Shown in pieces: positions 5,396-10,351 of a DNA stretch of 10,351 nt (its first letter is position 1; each line of letters begins with the position of its first letter). A program made the translations under genes and the position numbers. This DNA is from a virus. Taxonomy: Duplodnaviria; Heunggongvirae; Uroviricota; Caudoviricetes. The notes below the pieces were generated by a model that was given only the letters and a program-made list of their open reading frames with translations, ran no database searches and was not told the DNA's origin. Location of the stretch: the IMG/VR virus record IMGVR_UViG_3300032605_000010; one strand, given 5' to 3'.

Positions 5396-5463
5396 TTTAT
5401 TTTCTCTCTTTTCAATTAAGTATGAGTTATTATAACCTTGTTGCTGGGAAATGTCAAGTATTT
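5396..5463 (-). promoter_or_regulatory. Cassette C10 (variant: no AAGTGC, 12-bp inverted repeat around -35)
   Basis: TTGACA (5452-5457), 17 bp, TATAAT (5429-5434); arms 5441-5452 and 5460-5471. Confidence 0.85.
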
Positions 5464-5479
5464 CCCAGCAAGGGCGTGG

Positions 5480-6133
5480 CTATGCAGTCTCTAACATTAA
5501 TCGGAATACTTTTTTCATTTTACGTCCATGTTGAGGATAAGCAATAACGTCTATATCCTTCGAATAACACGCTCTACAGCTCGAACATTTTCCCTCACGG
5601 TCATAGGCTTCGCAAACAAAAACACCTGCTGGTGCACTCTCAGCATCCGGAATGATTACCGATCCATGAATCCCTGGAGTAAATTCGCCAGTAATTGAAT
5701 CAGAAGAGAATCTTACCTTAACATTAGGTAAGGCATCCATTTCGGCAATTATTTTTGCGAATTTTGCAAATTTACCCATCCTTGTTGGCAACCAATATTG
5801 TGTGTTTGGAGTTGCTTTCATTACACTTAATATCTTTTTAGCAAGCTTTAAAGAATACATATCACCACTATCAAAAAACCTGAACCACTTTGCTTTTTTC
5901 ATCTCAGCAGTCATATCAGAGACCCATTCAGGACGTCTCCAATCTTCTTTATTCTCAGCTCTTGGTTCTTTTACGTTTGGGAATGCATAGTTACCAGTGG
6001 TGGCATAACAACCTGAACAAGCTGGAACCAACTCACCGTCCTCGTTTAATGATCCAGGGCAAGTTTCAAGAGCTTGTAAGCTCCAACTTTTCACGTTATC
6101 AAGTTTAGAAGTTTTAGAAATTCTTACAGTCAT
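5480..6133 (-). CDS. GP88-family Cys-rich protein (217 aa)
   Basis: CPG..ACSGCYA, FRFFDSGD, WLPTR, NVKVRFS and C-terminal KCSSCRAC motifs recognised from memory as phage gene product 88 family. Confidence 0.75.
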   Translation of the reverse strand: MTVRISKTSKLDNVKSWSLQALETCPGSLNEDGELVPACSGCYATTGNYAFPNVKEPRAENKEDWRRPEWVSDMTAEMKKAKWFRFFDSGDMYSLKLAKKILSVMKATPNTQYWLPTRMGKFAKFAKIIAEMDALPNVKVRFSSDSITGEFTPGIHGSVIIPDAESAPAGVFVCEAYDREGKCSSCRACYSKDIDVIAYPQHGRKMKKVFRLMLETA

Positions 6134-6200
6134 TTTAATTCTCTCTCAATTAATTAGTATAAGATATTATAACATATTAGGTTTCAAAGGTCAAGCACTT
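6134..6200 (-). promoter_or_regulatory. Cassette C11
   Basis: TTGACC (6189-6194), 17 bp, TATAAT (6166-6171); 6131-6200 is identical to 6615-6684. Confidence 0.9.
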
Positions 6201-6216
6201 CGTTGCCAAGTATATC

Positions 6217-6387
6217 CTATAAAATTACTTTTTCAGACAACATGATAAATTGTTTGAGCCCAAAATCGTCAATAATCCAACCACAAAACGGGTCTGGGGA
6301 AGAATAATGATCTTGTGGGTCAATCACCTCATACCATTTTTCTGGGGTGATTGACAGGGAGATTGAAGTTGCGGTTTTAACTTTCAT
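6217..6387 (-). CDS. hypothetical protein (56 aa, MKVKTATSISLSITPEKWYEVIDPQDH...)
   Basis: TAATG stop/start overlap with 6387..6617; fills the gap to C11. Not in the ORF track. Confidence 0.7.
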   Translation of the reverse strand: MKVKTATSISLSITPEKWYEVIDPQDHYSSPDPFCGWIIDDFGLKQFIMLSEKVIL

Positions 6388-6617
6388 TAGGTGAAGATGT
6401 TGTATTGAGCTTCAAGGTTTGCGAACTCAGCTTCAAGGATGACCATTTGTTGCTTAGATAAGTTTAGGCGATCTATAAAATAAGCCAGTGAGGTGGTCGC
6501 TGCTTCTAAAGTATAAAGATAATTTATATCAGATCCATAAGTGTCGTACTTAGATCTTTCTTGAGCCACTTTAACAGTTAGATCAACAAGGGCGAAGACG
6601 GAATCAGTTTTAATCAT
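6387..6617 (-). CDS. hypothetical protein (76 aa)
   Basis: ATG after C12 RBS. Confidence 0.8.
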   Translation of the reverse strand: MIKTDSVFALVDLTVKVAQERSKYDTYGSDINYLYTLEAATTSLAYFIDRLNLSKQQMVILEAEFANLEAQYNIFT

Positions 6618-6684
6618 TTTAATTCTCTCTCAATTAATTAGTATAAGATATTATAACATATTAGGTTTCAAAGGTCAAGCACTT
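6618..6684 (-). promoter_or_regulatory. Cassette C12
   Basis: TTGACC (6673-6678), 17 bp, TATAAT (6650-6655). Confidence 0.9.
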
Positions 6685-6889
6685 CTAACGGTCGCTTCGA
6701 AAAATAATTCACTTAATTTTTGGATAAGTTCTTCTTTACTTAAATCAATTAAATAACTATTGTTTTTTCCTCTTAAATTAAGGTAAGTTTTATCTTTTTT
6801 CATTGAACTTTCAACTACAAAATGTTCATGTTCACTTAGGAAAAAAGTGAACGACCCACCGCCATCACGTGGTAAAGTAATTTTTTCAT
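6675..6889 (-). pseudogene. frameshifted gene (71 aa if the A6 run were A7)
   Basis: ATG AAAAAA gives a 17-aa ORF; the shifted frame ITLPRDGGGSFTFFL...EATVRSA is open to TGA in the C12 -35. Confidence 0.7.
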
Positions 6890-6955
6890 TTTATTTCTCT
6901 CTCTTTATTAAGTATAAATTATTATACTAAAGACCCATCCTTAGGTCAAGCACTT
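6890..6955 (-). promoter_or_regulatory. Cassette C13
   Basis: TTGACC (6944-6949), 17 bp, TATAAT (6921-6926). Confidence 0.9.
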
Positions 6956-6960
6956 TTAGA

Positions 6961-7176
6961 TTAAATTTCTATTAGAAGTTTTCTTATCGCAGAAATTTCT
7001 TGGCTATCCCATTCTTTAGAATATTTTTTCTCAGGAAAATGTATAAGGATTAAATACTGAATATTTTCTAAAGTATATTTTAAGGTATCGATGTTAATTT
7101 TACCATCATTATAGTCATCTCCAGCGAAAAGGACTTGAACCAACAAAGAATTAAATAAGGCTTGTTTTTTTGACAT
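6961..7176 (-). CDS. hypothetical protein (71 aa)
   Basis: ATG after C14 RBS. Confidence 0.8.
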   Translation of the reverse strand: MSKKQALFNSLLVQVLFAGDDYNDGKINIDTLKYTLENIQYLILIHFPEKKYSKEWDSQEISAIRKLLIEI

Positions 7177-7241
7177 TTTTCTCTCTCCTTTCTTAAGTTA
7201 TGATTCATTATACCTTAAAAAAAGAGAGAATACAAGCACTT
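7177..7241 (-). promoter_or_regulatory. Cassette C14 (divergent leader)
   Basis: TTGTAT (7230-7235), 17 bp, TATAAT (7207-7212). Confidence 0.85.
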
Positions 7242-7244
7242 TTT

Positions 7245-7661
7245 TTACCCGATGTTTATTGATCGAACAAGTTCCATTCTGTATTCATTATTCGGTCCTT
7301 CAAAATATACAATCACATCATCAATTTCAGCACCAATCCGAATGTATTCAATATTCAGGTCAGGATAATTAAATGTTGAATTATAAAACAAATCGTCAAA
7401 GAAACTTACAGCTGGAAAATCAACATCACCCGAGTACCATTTTTCCCGCGTCGCCTGAAATAACAATTCATAATAACCATTTTCAGCTACATGAAACAAA
7501 GTTTTACCAGTTAAATTAAAAGAATTTTGTTCAAGATCCATTACCTTTAATTGTACTTCTTCAGGAAGTTCGGCGAATTTATCTTCATATTCATAACCAA
7601 ATTCTTCCATTTGGACAGCACCACCGTAAATCCTTACAGCCACGTCAGATAAATAAGCCAT
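7245..7661 (-). CDS. acidic hypothetical protein (138 aa)
   Basis: AGGAG RBS in the end of the upstream ORF; TAA abuts C14. Confidence 0.85.
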   Translation of the reverse strand: MAYLSDVAVRIYGGAVQMEEFGYEYEDKFAELPEEVQLKVMDLEQNSFNLTGKTLFHVAENGYYELLFQATREKWYSGDVDFPAVSFFDDLFYNSTFNYPDLNIEYIRIGAEIDDVIVYFEGPNNEYRMELVRSINIG

Positions 7662-7663
7662 AA

Positions 7664-7858
7664 TTAAACTCCTGCAAAGGTATTAGAGATAGAGAAACGT
7701 GGAGCATCGCCACCAACGGGTTTACCTCTAGATTCCTTAGCACGACATGTTGATTTAATTTTAATTTGTTTAGCAGGAACTTCTTTAATTGAATTGCCAT
7801 TTAGAACGAATTCTAGAGTGTCGTTTAGAAGTTTTTGTCTCAATTCAGTTTTAGTCAT
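7664..7858 (-). CDS. basic hypothetical protein (64 aa)
   Basis: Start moved to ATG 7858 after the C15 RBS. Confidence 0.8.
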   Translation of the reverse strand: MTKTELRQKLLNDTLEFVLNGNSIKEVPAKQIKIKSTCRAKESRGKPVGGDAPRFSISNTFAGV

Positions 7859-7924
7859 TTTTTTCTCTCTCAATTAATTAGTATAAGTTATTATAACCGA
7901 TGTAGTTTTATAATACAAGCACTT
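7859..7924 (-). promoter_or_regulatory. Cassette C15
   Basis: TTGTAT (7913-7918), 17 bp, TATAAT (7890-7895); spacer shared with C16-C18. Confidence 0.9.
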
Positions 7925-7926
7925 TA

Positions 7927-8364
7927 TTAATATTCTTCGTCTGGATCAAAGTATTCATCATCTTCGTCCTCAGGCTCCCATGCAGTGTCTATACAAACGT
8001 TTCCGAAGTCAAATATACCACTCTCGGCGATTACAGAAAACGGAGCGTAGAAGTCGTGTACGACGCCATCAGTTACATTTTTTTGATCTTCCTGAGAAAT
8101 ATCTTTAGTTGCGATTATACCTAATAAACCAGCATCTACACCATAAGTATTGCCTAAATTATCTTGATATTCGCCATCACCATAAGCTGTCATCGCTAAA
8201 AAAAACCTACGACCGTCCGATAAATTAAAAGCACCGTTAATTAAATTATTACCTTTAATTGTTAAATCGCAAACTTCTTTCCACTCATCATGCATCACAT
8301 AACTTAGGTCGCCGATATAATATTCGCCAGCAGGAAATTCAGCAGAAACTTTTTCATATCTCAT
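7927..8364 (-). CDS. acidic hypothetical protein (145 aa), possibly DUF4241-like
   Basis: GEYYIGD, TAYGDG, YGVDAG motifs; D/E-rich tail. The family guess is weak. Confidence 0.8.
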   Translation of the reverse strand: MRYEKVSAEFPAGEYYIGDLSYVMHDEWKEVCDLTIKGNNLINGAFNLSDGRRFFLAMTAYGDGEYQDNLGNTYGVDAGLLGIIATKDISQEDQKNVTDGVVHDFYAPFSVIAESGIFDFGNVCIDTAWEPEDEDDEYFDPDEEY

Positions 8365-8430
8365 TTTATTTCTCTCTCTTTATTAAGTATAAGTTATTAT
8401 AACCGATGTAGTTTTATAATACAAGCACTT
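8365..8430 (-). promoter_or_regulatory. Cassette C16
   Basis: TTGTAT (8419-8424), 17 bp, TATAAT (8396-8401); 8362-8430 is identical to 9019-9087. Confidence 0.9.
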
Positions 8431-8599
8431 AATAATATATTATCAAATTATTTTCGGTTGGGTCTATTTCTATATCAAAAGCTGGGTCTAATATAACATC
8501 CTTTATTCTAGCTTCGCTTATAAATATTTCGTTGTTTAGATCTACACCTTGGGCTTCCGCTTGTAATAATAAATCTAATAAATCTTTAGCTGTAATCAT
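8429..8599 (-). CDS. acidic hypothetical protein (56 aa, MITAKDLLDLLLQAEAQGVDLNNEIF...)
   Basis: ATG after C17 RBS; TAA overlaps the AAGTGC of C16. Not in the ORF track. Confidence 0.75.
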   Translation of the reverse strand: MITAKDLLDLLLQAEAQGVDLNNEIFISEARIKDVILDPAFDIEIDPTENNLIIYY

Positions 8600-8667
8600 T
8601 TTTATTTCTCTCTCAATTAATTAGTATAAGTTATTATAACCGATGTAGTTTTATAATACAAGCACTT
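8600..8667 (-). promoter_or_regulatory. Cassette C17
   Basis: TTGTAT (8656-8661), 17 bp, TATAAT (8633-8638). Confidence 0.9.
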
Positions 8668-8688
8668 TTTTTCTAATGGGACACAAGA

Positions 8689-8717
8689 TTTTTCCCGCGT
8701 CCCATCAAGTTAAGTAA
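8689..8717. repeat. 29-bp dispersed repeat (second copy 9107-9135)
   Basis: TTTTTCCC(G/C)CGTCCCATCAAGTTAAGTAA, 28/29 identical. Confidence 0.9.
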
Positions 8718-8721
8718 TAGG

Positions 8722-9021
8722 TTAACATTCTTCTACTTTAGCTTCAACCTTAAATTTTCTTACCCAATCGTAAATTTGGGAATCGTTAAGTAACTCCATA
8801 CCTTGAACTATAAATTTAGCGATAGATGAATTTAACTTAGTTTGTTGAGCGTATTCGGTTGAAATTTCATTTTCATCGTCGTAAACATATAACCATATTC
8901 CGTAAGCATCAACAAGTATGGTACCGATATTTTCATCTACGGCATAATAAGGATCAGAACCATCTTCAAAACTAGAAGCACCTAAATAAGCTTCATCCCA
9001 ACCTTTAGTAAATTTTATCAT
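8722..9021 (-). CDS. acidic hypothetical protein (99 aa)
   Basis: ATG after C18 RBS. Confidence 0.85.
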   Translation of the reverse strand: MIKFTKGWDEAYLGASSFEDGSDPYYAVDENIGTILVDAYGIWLYVYDDENEISTEYAQQTKLNSSIAKFIVQGMELLNDSQIYDWVRKFKVEAKVEEC

Positions 9022-9087
9022 TTTATTTCTCTCTCTTTATTAAGTATAAGTTATTATAACCGATGTAGTTTTATAATACAAGCACTT
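9022..9087 (-). promoter_or_regulatory. Cassette C18
   Basis: TTGTAT (9076-9081), 17 bp, TATAAT (9053-9058). Confidence 0.9.
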
Positions 9088-9138
9088 TTTTACATTTATT
9101 TTTTAATTTTTCCCCCGTCCCATCAAGTTAAGTAAGCA

Positions 9139-9372
9139 CTAAATTGTCGCGATTAATTTCCCATTAGGCAAATAACTAATGAATACCTTAGCAGCATTTA
9201 ATACACCATCAAAACTTTCTGGTGCATAAAATTCAACTTCATAAGCGGCAGCATACTTTTCTTTATCATAAGTATCTACTAAATCAGCAGATTTTATACG
9301 GTCACAGACCCATCCCTCACCTAAGAAAATTAAGGTTTCAATTTCGGCTTTTGATAAATTTTTAGGATTCAT
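9139..9372 (-). CDS. hypothetical protein (77 aa)
   Basis: ATG after C19 RBS. Confidence 0.8.
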   Translation of the reverse strand: MNPKNLSKAEIETLIFLGEGWVCDRIKSADLVDTYDKEKYAAAYEVEFYAPESFDGVLNAAKVFISYLPNGKLIATI

Positions 9373-9439
9373 TTTATTTCTCTCTCAATTAATTAGTATA
9401 AGTTATTATAACTCAGCTGTATTTTAAACACAAGCACTT
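9373..9439 (-). promoter_or_regulatory. Cassette C19 (first of the array in transcription order)
   Basis: TTGTGT (9428-9433), 17 bp, TATAAT (9405-9410). Confidence 0.85.
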
Positions 9440-9485
9440 TTTACATTTATTTTTTAATTTTTTCCCGCCTCGCATTTTTTAAAAA

Positions 9486-9520
9486 AAGTGATTGACAAAC
9501 ATGCTCAGATTTTATATAAT
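9486..9520 (+). promoter_or_regulatory. divergent consensus sigma70-type promoter
   Basis: AAGTGA-TTGACA (9492-9497), 17 bp, TATAAT (9515-9520). Confidence 0.85.
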
Positions 9521-9634
9521 AAGTCATAATAATAAGAAAGCGGAAAAAACCGTATGAAGGCTGTGAAGCTGGTCCCCAACTAGCTGGCCACTTCGTTTTA
9601 AATTTAAAACTTAATTTACTCATTAATTACTTTC

Positions 9635-9750
9635 CATAAGTAATCACTTAGATTACATAAGTAATCACTTAGATTACATAAGTAATCACTTAGATTACAT
9701 AAGTAATCACTTAGATTACATAAGTAATCACTTAGATTACATAAGTAATC
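9635..9750. repeat. 21-bp perfect tandem repeat CATAAGTAATCACTTAGATTA x5.5
   Basis: Units start at 9635, 9656, 9677, 9698, 9719 and 9740 (partial). Confidence 0.95.
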
Positions 9751-9788
9751 GGATACTTTGATCGGAAATCCGACGAATTTTTTTACCG

Positions 9789-9834
9789 AAAGTGCAACAA
9801 AGTGCTTGACAAATCTTTAGGAATCAGGTATGAT
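9789..9834 (+). promoter_or_regulatory. second plus-strand promoter
   Basis: AAAGTGCAACAAAGTGC-TTGACA (9806-9811), 17 bp, TATGAT (9829-9834). Confidence 0.8.
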
Positions 9835-9943
9835 TAAGGTGTAAATATAATGTTTTCTGAGGTTTTCTTGAGGGTAAGTTGCACCTTATAGAAACATGAA
9901 TTAGTTAGGAGTTAATTAATGGATTGGTATGTCTTTACTTAAC

Positions 9944-10057
9944 ATAAGTATTTGGATACTTTGGATAAGTAATCACTTAGATTCCATAAGTAATTCATTA
10001 GCTAATAAGTTAGGACTTAGTTACGATAAGTTAGGACTTAGATTCCATAAGTATTTA
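9944..10057. repeat. degenerate copies of the 21-bp repeat
   Basis: ATAAGTAATCACTTAGATT at 9965, then ATAAGTTAGGACTTAG variants. Confidence 0.85.
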
Positions 10058-10081
10058 CATACTTTGAATAAGTCCTGGATT

Positions 10082-10299
10082 ATAGCGTTTCGGGTTTTGA
10101 AAATAGCGAAACAAATAGCGAAGCAAATAGCGTTTCGGCTTCTGCCTCGTCTTCTGATTATAGCGTTTGCAAATAGCGTTTTCGGTTTTGAAAATAGCGA
10201 AACAAATAGCGTTTCGGTTTCGAAATAGCGAAGCAAATAGCGTTTTCCGTTTTAAGCGGACTTCCTAGCGGACTTCGTAGCGGACTTCGTAAAATAGCG
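10082..10299. repeat. array of 11 co-oriented ATAGCG motifs
   Basis: At 10082, 10103, 10115, 10127, 10160, 10173, 10194, 10206, 10225, 10237, 10294. Confidence 0.9.
10255..10290. repeat. 12-bp tandem repeat AGCGGACTTC(C/G)T x3
   Basis: Directly visible. Confidence 0.9.
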
Positions 10300-10351
10300 T
10301 TTTCCCCTCTGGGAATTCGGGTTCGAAAATAATGCTTGACGAACTAATGTT

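Noticed and set aside
1037-6108. Plus-strand track ORFs (1037, 2815, 3833, 4287, 5802, 5890) and minus-strand 3513..3731
   Set aside because: They are shadows of better-supported cassette-driven genes and promoters, with no RBS or promoter of their own.
1166-9439. CRISPR array or integron
   Set aside because: The repeats are promoter/RBS modules separated by full ORFs of varying length. No cas gene, integrase or attC-type GTTRRRY boundaries were seen.
1166-9439. Host with non-canonical anti-Shine-Dalgarno inferred from the GAGAG RBS
   Set aside because: Operon-internal genes use canonical GGAG/AGGAG and the promoters are standard sigma70 type. The host cannot be assigned from this window.
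9929-10236. Track ORFs 9929..10228 (+) and 10021..10236 (-)
   Set aside because: They are open frames produced by repeat arrays, with no RBS in frame and low-complexity translations.
10331-10351. Third plus-strand promoter (GC-TTGACG at 10336)
   Set aside because: The -10 would fall outside the window, so it cannot be verified.

Overview
AT-rich, bacteriophage-like segment with no structural or replication genes in view. It has three parts. (1) 1166-9439: an array of 19 near-identical minus-strand promoter+leader+RBS cassettes (consensus AAGTGC-TTG(A/T)nn-17 bp-TATAAT-AACTTATACT..AATTGA(TA)GAGAGAG-A-rich-ATG). Each drives 1-2 small genes: an AAA-type P-loop ATPase, a GP88-family Cys-rich protein, a DUF1281/YubB-like protein, small acidic proteins and membrane peptides. 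Several of these genes are too short for the ORF track and some are broken. (2) About 1630-3260: an embedded RNA island. It holds intact tRNA-Thr(UGU) and an initiator-type tRNA-Met, a chimeric tRNA-Thr, and a promoter-truncated tRNA-Gln half. It also holds two pairs of candidate tRNA-like structured RNAs with compensatory stem changes, which is the most novel signal. (3) 9480-10351: a switch to plus-strand promoters plus 21-bp, 12-bp and ATAGCG repeat arrays, suggestive of an origin or terminus region. All calls are by eye; no database searches or folding computations were run.
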